Part shown: one piece after another, positions 35,423 through 45,844 of the stretch
How positions within the stretch are numbered: the first letter of the stretch is position 1
How the letters are laid out: each line of letters opens with the position of its first letter
Source: Candidatus Magasanikiibacteriota bacterium
GTDB taxonomy: Bacteria; Patescibacteriota; Patescibacteriia; Magasanikbacterales; UBA922
Length of the DNA stretch: 58,175 bases
Reading direction: 5' to 3'
Assembly (NCBI GenBank): GCA_003518365.1
Contig: DOYU01000013.1
Coordinates: forward strand, 12,974 to 71,148
Translations under genes and position numbers: made by a program
The notes under the pieces: model-generated
The model's database searches: none
The model's input: only the letters and a program-made list of their open reading frames with translations
Told to the model about the DNA's origin: nothing

Positions 35423-36161
35423 AAAAATTTACAATTTGTTTGTTAAGCCATGTAAGACCATAGCGTTTTAATTCCATGTCATGAAAATAAAACATATTTT
35501 CTCCATCATGAATAAACTGTATATCCGTTAATTTTTCATTAGAATCTTGCATATATTGATTACAAATCACTTTCTTGAGATTGGTACCCTGCATAGCATA
35601 ATATGTTTTGATACTCCATATATTTCCGGGTGGAACTAAAATTTCTACCGGTCTGGCAAAAAATTCTTCCAAGATTTTTTGTGATTTTTGAATATGTTCA
35701 GTATGATATGATTGATCAAATTTTGGATAAAACTCTCTGTGAAATTCTCGATTTGAGTGCCAAAAAGAAGGAAGGTGTTTCCCTATTACGCAATGCGTTA
35801 ACCCATGATTCGCAATGAATATATCTCCTTTGTCAGCAGCGTCTTTCAAAATAGCCGCCTCCTCAGGAAATTTATCTGGAAATGGGGTAAGTGTCCCATC
35901 TTGCTCCACCCAGGTTGCCGTAATGGCAACAATGGGAACAATACGATGATGTTTTAACATTTGCAATATTGCTTGCCACTCATCAGAGGTGAGTTCATTA
36001 TATCTCGCCCATTTGCGGAAAGGCCACATTCGTTTAAAAAACCACACATTTGCAAAGGGGAAATAAAAATATGGAATTCCTCGAAAACGAAAGGTTTTTT
36101 TTCCATGCTGATTGTACCACTTACTTGATGCACCAATGTCATCAATACGGAAGGCAATCAT
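35415..36161 (-). CDS. NodB/CE4-like polysaccharide deacetylase family protein (putative)
   Basis: The ORF track start is 36224. The internal ATG at 36161 abuts the upstream stop. Motifs are FRIDDIG and NHGLTH. Confidence 0.55.
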   Translation of the reverse strand: MIAFRIDDIGASSKWYNQHGKKTFRFRGIPYFYFPFANVWFFKRMWPFRKWARYNELTSDEWQAILQMLKHHRIVPIVAITATWVEQDGTLTPFPDKFPEEAAILKDAADKGDIFIANHGLTHCVIGKHLPSFWHSNREFHREFYPKFDQSYHTEHIQKSQKILEEFFARPVEILVPPGNIWSIKTYYAMQGTNLKKVICNQYMQDSNEKLTDIQFIHDGENMFYFHDMELKRYGLTWLNKQIVNFYG

Positions 36162-36162
36162 A

Positions 36163-36795
36163 TTATTTTTTAACCACAATAAATTGTCCTGAATAAAATT
36201 CGTCCACCTGTTTATGCAATCCAAATAGCTTCACACTCCCAACATACAACAGTACACATGGAAACAACACCACGTACTTTCCAAATCCCAAATAACGTCC
36301 CCAGGAACGCAAAAACGCCAGTCTACACGCATCCCATATCACGGTCCACTTATTTCCCATAGGAGTAAAAGAAACCTCTGAAAAATACTTTGATATCATT
36401 TTTTTTGCAAATTGATCTGTGAAACGTATATTGTCTTTATGATCAGGATACATGAATGGTATACTGATAATCGCATACGATTCCGGTTTCAGAAGACGAG
36501 ATATCTCCATAAAAGCAGCTTCATAATTGGTAAGATATTCGACTACTTCTGTACACACAATACCGTCATAGGTAGCATCGGGGATGTCGAGCCCACGCTC
36601 GATATCGCCAAACACAATATTATTTTCTGCATCAGGATGTATATCTACAGCATCGACAGCTGCATGAAAATATGCGTCGTATCTCCTGCGCTCTGAGCCG
36701 ACATCCAAGATCTTCCCAGAAAACATGTCCGCATGTTTTTTTAGTAGATCTTCTAGGATATTCCTGTGCCATGTTTGTGTGAGAAAACGCAACAT
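36163..36795 (-). CDS. class I SAM-dependent methyltransferase
   Basis: 210 aa with ILDVGSERRRY and GIVCTEVVEY. Confidence 0.7.
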   Translation of the reverse strand: MLRFLTQTWHRNILEDLLKKHADMFSGKILDVGSERRRYDAYFHAAVDAVDIHPDAENNIVFGDIERGLDIPDATYDGIVCTEVVEYLTNYEAAFMEISRLLKPESYAIISIPFMYPDHKDNIRFTDQFAKKMISKYFSEVSFTPMGNKWTVIWDACRLAFLRSWGRYLGFGKYVVLFPCVLLYVGSVKLFGLHKQVDEFYSGQFIVVKK

Positions 36796-36806
36796 ATCAA
36801 TATTCG

Positions 36807-37811
36807 CTAGTAGACAATCTTGTCAACAAGTTTAATAAAAGCAAAAATACATGTTGCTTTTAGCTTCAACCATAACAATACAATACGTTTTGTCAAGACA
36901 TTCCGTTTCAAAATACAGTGTTCAAAAAAAATGATATAGGCAGAGGCCGCATCTGGATGCCACCCGGCAAGTCGTTCAGATATAGCATCATATGATGCTA
37001 TACAGGTGTCTATCGCTTGTAAAATATCTTCTTTTTTTTGATATAAAACACCACGATCACCAATAATTTCTTTGTTAGCTCCACTATCCAAAGCCACAAC
37101 AGGCAATCCCAGGCTCATTGCTTCCACAATCGCATTAGAACAAGCTTCATGTGCTGCCGCACTCACATATATCTGTGAGGCATCCATAATTTCTGCCAAG
37201 GCATCACTTTCTTTTGGTGACACATGAACAATATGTTCAAACGTATATGTTGTATTGCCAATAAATGTAAATTGAAATTTCTTTCCAATCTGTTGATCCA
37301 GATACGCAACATGTTCTCCACCCTTCAGTTTGTTTGCTGACCAACTTGAAGAAACAATATGAATCTTTTCCTTCTGCTGTCTAGATATATTTCTTTTTTT
37401 ATATTGAAATATACTTCTGTCAGCGCTATTATGAATTACGGTTGCATGAATTGATTCGTGAATTCCCAAAGCTGTAAACTTTTCTTTTGACCACGCAGAC
37501 TGAAAAATAATTCCATCAGCGCATGCGTTTACTACTGACACAACCAATCTATCCATACTTTTCCAGTGCCACCCACGATGGAGATAAAATAAAGGTCCGA
37601 GACGAAATATATATTTCTTTTCAGGATATTTCTTTTTCAGATGAAGGCTCTCTTGGAGGCGTTGATAGCTATCGATCAAAATAATATCTGCGTCGTGAGG
37701 AGTGAGTGCCAATACAGCACGTTGCTCAAATTTTTTTTTGAGCAAACGAAAAAATTGATTGGCTCCACCCCACGCCCCTTCTTTAATGTCCTTTAGGATA
37801 AAAATTTTCAT
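36807..37811 (-). CDS. glycosyltransferase family 4
   Basis: 334 aa with EACSNAIVEAMSLGLPVVA. Confidence 0.75.
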   Translation of the reverse strand: MKIFILKDIKEGAWGGANQFFRLLKKKFEQRAVLALTPHDADIILIDSYQRLQESLHLKKKYPEKKYIFRLGPLFYLHRGWHWKSMDRLVVSVVNACADGIIFQSAWSKEKFTALGIHESIHATVIHNSADRSIFQYKKRNISRQQKEKIHIVSSSWSANKLKGGEHVAYLDQQIGKKFQFTFIGNTTYTFEHIVHVSPKESDALAEIMDASQIYVSAAAHEACSNAIVEAMSLGLPVVALDSGANKEIIGDRGVLYQKKEDILQAIDTCIASYDAISERLAGWHPDAASAYIIFFEHCILKRNVLTKRIVLLWLKLKATCIFAFIKLVDKIVY

Positions 37812-38710
37812 GCGTTCTTTTTTCTCACCACGGTGCGCATCATTGTCTTAGTATATGACAATTCTCCTTCTATTACGTCATAATGATGCTTTATATAATC
37901 TAGCACTGATGTCCTTTGATCTACCGCTTCTTGTGTATCTAATTTTGTACCATCAGAAAGAAAGAAATCAAATACAAAATAACCACCTGGTTTCAGATGT
38001 GTGGTCAGATGATCAACAATTTCTTTTGGATTCTGCACATGCTCCAATACCGTCATACAAAAAATAATATTGTAATCATCATGTGGCAATGGCGGTAGTA
38101 TTGCAGGATCAATATCAATGCACGTGACACCAAATTGTTTCAATCGGAATTTTGCATAGTGATAGGTGAATTGCTGGATGTCAGCAATAGTAAAATCAAA
38201 ATGATCTAGTCCATCGTTGATAAGCCCAGTCACAATCGGTGCAATACCAGCTCCATATTCTAATACTTTATCACCTCGAGAAAAATATTTTCGTAAAGGA
38301 TAGTAATGCCAGGGATTTAATCCATATTTATAGACCGCACCAAAAATACTATATACATTGCGTGGCTCTTGCCATGCATATAAAAAATTGTCACGATGCG
38401 CGCCCGTTTCCACTTCTACATCCTGATACCGTTGGCGATATACTCCTCTCAAAAAGTGAAAGTCATGAAATCTCAAAGGTCGTCCACTGAGCACTTTATT
38501 CCAATATTCTTCAAATTCATCAAACCACCCACGGATGAGACCAGCATCAACAAAACGTGTATACCACCCAAGTACATAGAGTCCTTTATCAACATATCTT
38601 CGAAACCAACCTCGTTGACGCTTTACAGTTCCAATAGTTGCGTTTGGTGCATTGATTTCCTTATGTTTTGCAACAATATCCAATTGGATATCATCAAATA
38701 TATTTGCCAT
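37808..38710 (-). CDS. class I SAM-dependent methyltransferase
   Basis: 300 aa with VLEYGAGIAPIV and IIFCMTVLEHV. It overlaps the downstream gene by 4 nt. Confidence 0.75.
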   Translation of the reverse strand: MANIFDDIQLDIVAKHKEINAPNATIGTVKRQRGWFRRYVDKGLYVLGWYTRFVDAGLIRGWFDEFEEYWNKVLSGRPLRFHDFHFLRGVYRQRYQDVEVETGAHRDNFLYAWQEPRNVYSIFGAVYKYGLNPWHYYPLRKYFSRGDKVLEYGAGIAPIVTGLINDGLDHFDFTIADIQQFTYHYAKFRLKQFGVTCIDIDPAILPPLPHDDYNIIFCMTVLEHVQNPKEIVDHLTTHLKPGGYFVFDFFLSDGTKLDTQEAVDQRTSVLDYIKHHYDVIEGELSYTKTMMRTVVRKKNA

Positions 38711-38721
38711 ATAGGGATATA

Positions 38722-40545
38722 CTATGAATTAATATTTTGTAAATGCCAATACAATCCTTTTTTTTCTATCAGTTCAGCATGTGTCCCTTCCTCTTGGACA
38801 CGCCCCTCTGATAACACTATTATCTTGTCAGCATGTTCTATCGTGGATAGTCTGTGCGCGATGGCAATAACCGTAGTACCTTTCAATTGGGTAAAGATAA
38901 TACGCTGAATATCTTGCTCTATAGCCACATCAAGGGAACTGGTGGCTTCATCTAAAAGCAATATGTCAGGCTTTCTAATGAGTGCCCGCGCCAAAGACAA
39001 CCGTTGTCTTTGCCCTCCAGAAAGAGTCTGCCCCCTATCCCCTAATATCGTCTCATACCCATTTGGGAGTGCCATAATGACATCATGAATGTTTGCCATA
39101 GTTGCGGCTTCCTTGATGTCTGCATCGGTTGCGTCTTGTCTTCCATATCGAATATTATTTGCTACTGTGTCATGCAAAATAAGAACATCTTGTGATACAT
39201 ATCCAATATGTGTTCTCCAGGCATGCAAATCTAATGACTGCATATCAGTGCCGTCAATGTGTATACTCCCTGACGTGGGGATATACATGCCTGCTATCAA
39301 ATTTGCTAAGGTACTTTTTCCAGCACCGGTTGGTCCAACAAATGCAACAAACGTCCCTTTCTGAATACTAAAATGCACATTGCTCAAGACAGGTTCTTCT
39401 TTTCGATAAGAAAAAGAGACATCTTGAAAAGTAATATCTTTTGAAAATGTTTTTATAATACCTTCTCCTTGTTGTCTTTTTTTTGATCTGGCTGTCGCTA
39501 AGATCATTTCATATTCACGAAATGGTTCTATATACGCGAATACTCCTGAGAGAAGCCGCACAAAATTATTTACTTCAGTATATAACCGTGAGAAGACATA
39601 TATGTATGTCACGACAATGACCAGTGATCCAGATGACACTCCTATACCAGTCTGACTGAGAACGATACCCAGAGACACTAAGATAAGCACCACAATGATT
39701 TCTGAAAATGGCGCCAAGATATTGGAGAATTGAGACCCTCGATATCCATTCATAGCGAGGTCGTGACTTGTCTGCGCAAATCGCTCTTTTTCAATTTTTT
39801 CTGTCCCAAAGATTTTAATCAACGCAATGTTCTGAAACATGTCATTCATACGAAAATGCATATCTGAGACATTTTTGGCCACTCGAAACCCTACTCTGCG
39901 AATTTGAATCAATACAATCCTTGCTAATGGCAAGACTATAAGTCCTGCGAACAAAATCATACCCGTTGTTTTCCAGGAAAGCACGAGAAGCAATACAAAA
40001 AATAAACACAATCGAGTAATGACAATAAAAAAACTCAAGAAAGAAAAAATAAACTGGGCTACATTTTCTGCATAGACCGCGATTCCTCCTACCAGATGTC
40101 CAGCTTTTATTTCATGAAAAAAAGAAAGATCAGCATCGACAATAGCACTAAAGAGATCATTTTGAAGATCTCGTTTGATAAAGTTTGATGTTTTATTTAC
40201 AAAAATGACGTTAAGATACGCAAATACATCTTTCATGATAACCATGAAGAGAAGAAAAACGAGTATCCATGGTATCCACGTAGCACTCTCTGATACATTG
40301 AGTCCATCGATCAAACCACCGACAAAAGGAATTGGCATGTTTTCAGAAGTGGTCTCACCAGCACCAACAAGTCCCTGCAATAGCGGGACGATCGTTCCTA
40401 TACCAAAGCCTTCAAAGAAGGAGCTTAAAAAAGCAGTGAGTATGACAAATACACCCATCTTTTTATATCGGAGAAGATAATACCATGCTTTCTTAAAATA
40501 AATACGTTTTTTTGTTCGCATAAAATCACCTATACGTGGACACAT
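38722..40545 (-). CDS. fused TMD-NBD ABC exporter (MsbA/PglK-type)
   Basis: 607 aa with six N-terminal TM segments, GPTGAGKSTL, LSGGQRQRLSLARAL and LLLDEATSSLD. Confidence 0.88.
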   Translation of the reverse strand: MCPRIGDFMRTKKRIYFKKAWYYLLRYKKMGVFVILTAFLSSFFEGFGIGTIVPLLQGLVGAGETTSENMPIPFVGGLIDGLNVSESATWIPWILVFLLFMVIMKDVFAYLNVIFVNKTSNFIKRDLQNDLFSAIVDADLSFFHEIKAGHLVGGIAVYAENVAQFIFSFLSFFIVITRLCLFFVLLLVLSWKTTGMILFAGLIVLPLARIVLIQIRRVGFRVAKNVSDMHFRMNDMFQNIALIKIFGTEKIEKERFAQTSHDLAMNGYRGSQFSNILAPFSEIIVVLILVSLGIVLSQTGIGVSSGSLVIVVTYIYVFSRLYTEVNNFVRLLSGVFAYIEPFREYEMILATARSKKRQQGEGIIKTFSKDITFQDVSFSYRKEEPVLSNVHFSIQKGTFVAFVGPTGAGKSTLANLIAGMYIPTSGSIHIDGTDMQSLDLHAWRTHIGYVSQDVLILHDTVANNIRYGRQDATDADIKEAATMANIHDVIMALPNGYETILGDRGQTLSGGQRQRLSLARALIRKPDILLLDEATSSLDVAIEQDIQRIIFTQLKGTTVIAIAHRLSTIEHADKIIVLSEGRVQEEGTHAELIEKKGLYWHLQNINS

Positions 40546-40556
40546 TTCCTTATACT

Positions 40557-41507
40557 TTACTCTTGTAGTCCCCCATTTTTAAAATATGCTATCGTCCTTT
40601 CCAAACCGACAGAAAGTGAAATCTTGGGCTGCCAATCAAGTGTCTTAATAGCCAAAGAAATATCAGGTCTTCGTCTTGTAGGATCATCAGTAGGCAATGC
40701 TTCAAATTTTAATGAAGCATTAGCATTTGTCATAATAATTATTTTTTCAGCAAGTTCTCGTATAGTACATTCTGCAGGATTACCCAGGTTGATTGGACCA
40801 GTTACCTCTGCGGGTGTGTTCATAAGGCGCACCAGTGCATCAATCAAGTCAGACACATAACAAAAACTTCTCGTCTGCGATCCATTACCATATACAGTAA
40901 TATCCTGGTCAGCTAAGGCTTGCATGATAAAATTACTCATCACTCGCCCGTCATCAGGTTGCATTCTTGTCCCATACGTGTTAAAAATTCTTGCTACCTT
41001 TATCTGGAGACCATGCTGCCTATGATAGTCGAAAAATAATGTTTCTGCACATCTTTTTCCCTCATCATAACACGCACGTGGACCTATCGTGCTCACATTT
41101 CCACGGTATGCTTCTACTTGTGGATGGATTTCTGGATCACCATAAATCTCTGATGTTGAGGCTTGCAGAATTTTTGCACCATGTTTTTTTGCCAAACCAA
41201 GCATATTAATTACTCCAATAGTATTTGCTTTAACCGTACGGATTGGATTGTATTGATAATGAACAGGCGATGCAGGACATGCCAGATTGTATATTTCTTC
41301 TATATGTTCATCGATAAACAAAGGATCAATAATATCGTGTTCAATAAACGTGAATCGTGGGTGTTCTAGAAGATCCTCAATATTTTTTTTTGATCCAGTA
41401 AACAAATTATCGACACATATAACAGTATCACCTTCAGCAATGAGGCGATCGCAAAGATGTGAACCAAGAAAGCCGGCACCTCCTGTAACGAGAATTTTTT
41501 TATTCAT
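40557..41507 (-). CDS. UDP-glucuronate decarboxylase (UDP-xylose synthase)
   Basis: 316 aa with [41 protein letters not shown] and YDEGKRCAE. Confidence 0.85.
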   Translation of the reverse strand: MNKKILVTGGAGFLGSHLCDRLIAEGDTVICVDNLFTGSKKNIEDLLEHPRFTFIEHDIIDPLFIDEHIEEIYNLACPASPVHYQYNPIRTVKANTIGVINMLGLAKKHGAKILQASTSEIYGDPEIHPQVEAYRGNVSTIGPRACYDEGKRCAETLFFDYHRQHGLQIKVARIFNTYGTRMQPDDGRVMSNFIMQALADQDITVYGNGSQTRSFCYVSDLIDALVRLMNTPAEVTGPINLGNPAECTIRELAEKIIIMTNANASLKFEALPTDDPTRRRPDISLAIKTLDWQPKISLSVGLERTIAYFKNGGLQE

Positions 41508-41515
41508 AGGTATAA

Positions 41516-42850
41516 CTATATATGAAAGCTTTCTATGGTGCTATTCTGTTTTCCCCAAGTATCCCCAGTAGTCCATTGACTGGTGCGTGTTTTTAAAAAC
41601 GACCAATTTTGCAAGCCGCTTCTCTCTGCTTTTTCGAGATATTTGATTCTTTGTTCATCTCCGTGCAAGACACTATATTGTCTAGCTTCTTCAGATGTTC
41701 GAGGATTTATCTCATTTCCACCTGCATTGCGAATACGGTGTAGAAATTCATCGTCATCACCACCATATCCTTGTATATCTTCATTATGACCCTTTACATC
41801 CATATACAACTTTAGTGGAATAAACATATTACCATAATTTACTTCCGTACTTACTCTACAATCAATTTTAGCTCTCAAAGAAACAACATCTTTCTCCAGA
41901 TCGCCTATTTTACCGCACCAATAAGCTAAATAGTCTTCACGTAACATAGTATCAATATCAGAAAAAGCAAGTATATTACTTTCTCTTTGAATCGCGCGAG
42001 CACCCAGATTTTTCGCCTTGCAAGAATTAAACTTTTTATTCTCGGTAAGGTGTACGATAGTTATTTGTTTTAAGTCAGAGCTAAAAAAAGGACGATTTTT
42101 TTCAATATACTTCCTTACGCTATCTTGAAAACCATCCTCAGAATAATAATCGACAAGCACTAATTCATATTCTACGCCGCGCTGCGCGACTAACGAAGGC
42201 ATACTTAGTGCCCAGTGAGCCAATCGGTTTTTTATCGTCACTACTAGCGAAACCGTGTATGGCGTTTTCCGCTCGTATAATGGAATATCATCATAAGTAA
42301 ATACAACATCTCCCATACCTTTTACAATGGGGGCGTCTGTTATTACATCTTCTCTAAACATGAGGTCAAATGGCAATCCCTTCATTAAGAGATCACGGGG
42401 AAAACAGTATCCCGATAATAAGGGACGAGCTGAAAATATTGAAGAGGGTGTCAAATTTTTGTATGGGAGAGAAAGAGGTACATTATGGTTATAGGTGTTT
42501 GTAATATATTCTTGAAGACGTGCTTCATAGCCCGCAATAATCGTATCTCTTGTGCTGTGAAAAACTACAAAATCACAAGAGGTATATGTCAAGGCTTTCG
42601 CAACTATTTCTTGAGGCTTTATTCTCTCTGTTTCAACAATCACATGTATATTATTTACTGGATTCATATCATTACTATCTTGCCAATCTATCCCGTTACA
42701 TAGAATAATTACCTCGATAGGTATATGTAAAATGTGTTTCGACAGGGAACTCAAAAAACGATTGAGAAACTCTTGTTCTCCATCATATTGGACCAAAAAA
42801 CTTACTATCGGTCTTTTCTTCATCATATGATTCAGTATTTTTAAATACAC
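41516..42850 (-). CDS. two-domain GT-A-fold glycosyltransferase (C-terminal half GT2/GT7-like)
   Basis: 444 aa with [39 protein letters not shown]. Confidence 0.6.
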   Translation of the reverse strand: MYLKILNHMMKKRPIVSFLVQYDGEQEFLNRFLSSLSKHILHIPIEVIILCNGIDWQDSNDMNPVNNIHVIVETERIKPQEIVAKALTYTSCDFVVFHSTRDTIIAGYEARLQEYITNTYNHNVPLSLPYKNLTPSSIFSARPLLSGYCFPRDLLMKGLPFDLMFREDVITDAPIVKGMGDVVFTYDDIPLYERKTPYTVSLVVTIKNRLAHWALSMPSLVAQRGVEYELVLVDYYSEDGFQDSVRKYIEKNRPFFSSDLKQITIVHLTENKKFNSCKAKNLGARAIQRESNILAFSDIDTMLREDYLAYWCGKIGDLEKDVVSLRAKIDCRVSTEVNYGNMFIPLKLYMDVKGHNEDIQGYGGDDDEFLHRIRNAGGNEINPRTSEEARQYSVLHGDEQRIKYLEKAERSGLQNWSFLKTRTSQWTTGDTWGKQNSTIESFHI

Positions 42851-42942
42851 ATATCCCCATTCAGCACCATTTGTGTTGCCTATTCTTTTGCGAAATTACC
42901 AATATATCCCTGCTATAGCACACATACGCAAAAAGTATTATC

Positions 42943-43533
42943 TTACACAAGTCCTTTTTCCTTCATGCGTTGCTCTACAATATCGACATCTTCTTTTGTA
43001 TGCACATCATACTCATCTGTTATGTATACCCCACAATTCGTACTGAGTTCTCTCTGGAATACACAATCACGGGTCATCACCCGAAATGCTGCATTTTGAT
43101 TGAGATTTTTATCAACAGAAAAAATTTCTTGTTTTCCATCATCAACCAGTTTTTTTATCGCATTTTCCAGATGCCGTGTCTCTACTTCAGGAGAATTTGC
43201 CTGAAGAATCACGACAATATCAGGATTTTGATTATCACCTTGTGCTTCAATCCATTCGACGGCATGGCGAATAGGAACCATTTTGAACACATGGTCCTCA
43301 GCTAATGCAGGAGGACGAACAATTGAAGATGCGCCAAATGTCTCAGACACGGTCAGTATCTCAGGATCTTCACTCGTCACATACGTACGGTCAATCAGGG
43401 AAGAATTTTTTGTGGCATCAATAGCCCATCCAACCATAGGTTTTCCATGTACAGGATAAATATTTTTTCGCTTTAATCTTTTTGATCCGCCTCGAGCCGG
43501 AATGATTACAACAATATGTTTTTCATGATACAT
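42943..43533 (-). CDS. acylneuraminate/nonulosonate cytidylyltransferase family protein
   Basis: The ORF track start is 43599. M23 (43533) gives MYHEKHIVVIIPARGGSKRLKRKN. Confidence 0.75.
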   Translation of the reverse strand: MYHEKHIVVIIPARGGSKRLKRKNIYPVHGKPMVGWAIDATKNSSLIDRTYVTSEDPEILTVSETFGASSIVRPPALAEDHVFKMVPIRHAVEWIEAQGDNQNPDIVVILQANSPEVETRHLENAIKKLVDDGKQEIFSVDKNLNQNAAFRVMTRDCVFQRELSTNCGVYITDEYDVHTKEDVDIVEQRMKEKGLV

Positions 43534-43546
43534 AGAATTCTTTGCA

Positions 43547-44218
43547 CTAATTTTTTTCTTCTCCTGTAGTATCGTACAATTTTCCAATCTTATCTTCAAA
43601 TTCTTTTACTGCTCCAACATTAGTTGTTTTATTATGACCATGTATGCGATATCTATAAAGTGGTATTTTCAAATGATCTACCTGATATCGATTTCCTAGG
43701 CGTGCACGAAGCTCTTTTTCTTCACAATGTCTAAAATCACTGTTGTACAAGCCAGCTTCAGCAAGAAAATCTTTTCTGTACATAATGCCACAGGAGATGT
43801 TCTCTTCATTTGCATCATGCCTACTGATCACTTCTTCGTCATTATTCACTTTGACATAGTCACAAGCCACTCCCAAGAGACCATTGTTAGCTTCGAGATA
43901 GGCAGACAAAAACAAAAGAAAATTTTTGTTGACATAGTCATCTGCATCCACACGGACAATAAACTGTCCAAACGCTTCTCGAATAGCAACATTACTACTT
44001 TCAGCAACACCCACATTCTTTGTATTTCTGATGTATCGAATATTTGAATACTTTTCTACATATCGTTCCATGATGTCCTCTGTATTGTCTTCAGAGGCAT
44101 CATCGACAACAATAATTTCATATGCTGTCGTTGGCAAACTCTGTTCTAAAAGGCTTCGCAAACATCTTTCGAGAAAAAGACCATAATTGTACGCTGTAAC
44201 AATAACACTTACTTTCAT
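43547..44218 (-). CDS. glycosyltransferase family 2
   Basis: 223 aa with VSVIVTAYNYGLFL..VVDDASEDNT..VDADD. Confidence 0.82.
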   Translation of the reverse strand: MKVSVIVTAYNYGLFLERCLRSLLEQSLPTTAYEIIVVDDASEDNTEDIMERYVEKYSNIRYIRNTKNVGVAESSNVAIREAFGQFIVRVDADDYVNKNFLLFLSAYLEANNGLLGVACDYVKVNNDEEVISRHDANEENISCGIMYRKDFLAEAGLYNSDFRHCEEKELRARLGNRYQVDHLKIPLYRYRIHGHNKTTNVGAVKEFEDKIGKLYDTTGEEKN

Positions 44219-44219
44219 A

Positions 44220-44987
44220 TTATTCTGTCCATCCTACTAACGGGTCATGACTACTAAATTGGAATACCTTTTTATGCTCCAATAAATCATATCCCCGCGC
44301 TAATTCCTGGAGCATCCTCAAATCATCGACATCCATCGAGCAGGCATGTGCGCCTTCTTTGGTCTTTTGCCAACTTTTTGCAACAGTAAAATGTTTTTCT
44401 ACTATTGTTGCGCCACGGGAGAGTGCATATGACGCAGCGGTTATCCCAATCGTATGATCGCTATATCCATCAAACCATGAAGATCTGAAATCAGGAATAT
44501 GCATATCTTCCAGACGGGCTGGATACAGCGGCTCGGTATACAAATATTTTACATTGGTCTGAGCATACGGCTTCCCTTTCTGAGCTTGTTCATTGTTTAA
44601 AGAAACAAGCACAGGCTTCCCAGTCGCTATTGCGCTCTCCATGATTTCAGGCTTTTCTCGAGAAAGCCAATTTGCAACTTTGAGAATAGGCAAATTCAAA
44701 TCCACACACCATTGCATCCGTTCTTCATCAAAAAAGGAAGCAAAAAAATCAATGTGAAGCATGTCTGCATACGCTTTTAGTCTCTTTACTTCCTCATACG
44801 AAAGGCTCAAATGATCTCCAGGCTTATCACCATTCATGCTTTTTGGATCAAAATCCCCACTATAGAGCTGAATTTTGACGGCGTTTGCACCTCCAAATTT
44901 TGATTGCAATATCATTTGCTCAGCAACGTCGAGGCTTCCTCCATATTGTCCATGCAATTCTGAAATAATATATGCCATATTCGACAC
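44220..44987 (-). CDS. NeuB-family (nonulosonate synthase-like) TIM-barrel protein lacking a SAF domain
   Basis: 255 aa with the N-terminus YIISELHGQYGGSLDVAEQMILQSKFGGANAVKIQLY. Its length is too short for the usual C-terminal SAF domain. Confidence 0.6.
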   Translation of the reverse strand: MSNMAYIISELHGQYGGSLDVAEQMILQSKFGGANAVKIQLYSGDFDPKSMNGDKPGDHLSLSYEEVKRLKAYADMLHIDFFASFFDEERMQWCVDLNLPILKVANWLSREKPEIMESAIATGKPVLVSLNNEQAQKGKPYAQTNVKYLYTEPLYPARLEDMHIPDFRSSWFDGYSDHTIGITAASYALSRGATIVEKHFTVAKSWQKTKEGAHACSMDVDDLRMLQELARGYDLLEHKKVFQFSSHDPLVGWTE

Positions 44988-45048
44988 TATTAAGTATTAA
45001 AACTTCTCAAAGTATAGGGAAAAAAGTGAGTTTTGTCAATTCGTCGCA

Positions 45049-45831
45049 CTACTCCTTTTTTACAATGATATAGTGCTGACCACCAAACACATCGATATGG
45101 GGTAATTTCCTCGATACGCCCACTTCCAATACAGAAAAACCATGTTCAATCAATTTTTTCTTCGCATACGACAAGGATACTTTTAAATTGGTACAATTTA
45201 CCTGTGCGACTATTTCTTTATATCCCTTTCTACCCAATAATTTTTCTAACACAATATCAATGGAATAAAACATTTTCAATCTTTTATTTGTAGAGCACTG
45301 ATACAATCTCCCAAAAAACAAAATTGCTATACCACCTCTTTTTAACACTCTATATGTTTCGGCAATATATGCATTGAAAATTTCTATTTTTTCTACGTGC
45401 TGCAGCACAATAAAGGAATATACTACATCGATTTCTTCGTTTTCCAGAGGGAGTGTCGACCCATCACTTTGTATAAATGTAGCATTATGTACTCCCCTCT
45501 TTAAAAATTCAGCTTCAACTATCGAACTGTTTTTATGGATATCTATTCCTATACTTTCACTAAAGCAGGACGATGCGGCAAGAAGTAATCTTCCCCCACC
45601 ATACCCTATTTCCAAAATTTTCTTTTTATGCAAATCATCTATATATTTGAGTAATGGCATTAATATATAAATACTAAATTCGTATCTCCCTTTCAGAAAA
45701 TTTTTCTCAATATCCCCACCTGATTCGTCAAACCAATTGAAAAATTGATTTGTATCATTTTGTGAGACAATATCAATTTCTTCAATAAATCCCTTAATAT
45801 GTTCTCTTCGTTTCTTACTTCCTACTCCCAT
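45049..45831 (-). CDS. class I SAM-dependent methyltransferase
   Basis: The ORF track start is 45870; M14 (45831) is preferred. Motifs are ILEIGYGGGRLLL and VVYSFIVLQHV. Confidence 0.72.
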   Translation of the reverse strand: MGVGSKKRREHIKGFIEEIDIVSQNDTNQFFNWFDESGGDIEKNFLKGRYEFSIYILMPLLKYIDDLHKKKILEIGYGGGRLLLAASSCFSESIGIDIHKNSSIVEAEFLKRGVHNATFIQSDGSTLPLENEEIDVVYSFIVLQHVEKIEIFNAYIAETYRVLKRGGIAILFFGRLYQCSTNKRLKMFYSIDIVLEKLLGRKGYKEIVAQVNCTNLKVSLSYAKKKLIEHGFSVLEVGVSRKLPHIDVFGGQHYIIVKKE

Positions 45832-45844
45832 ATGTATACTACAG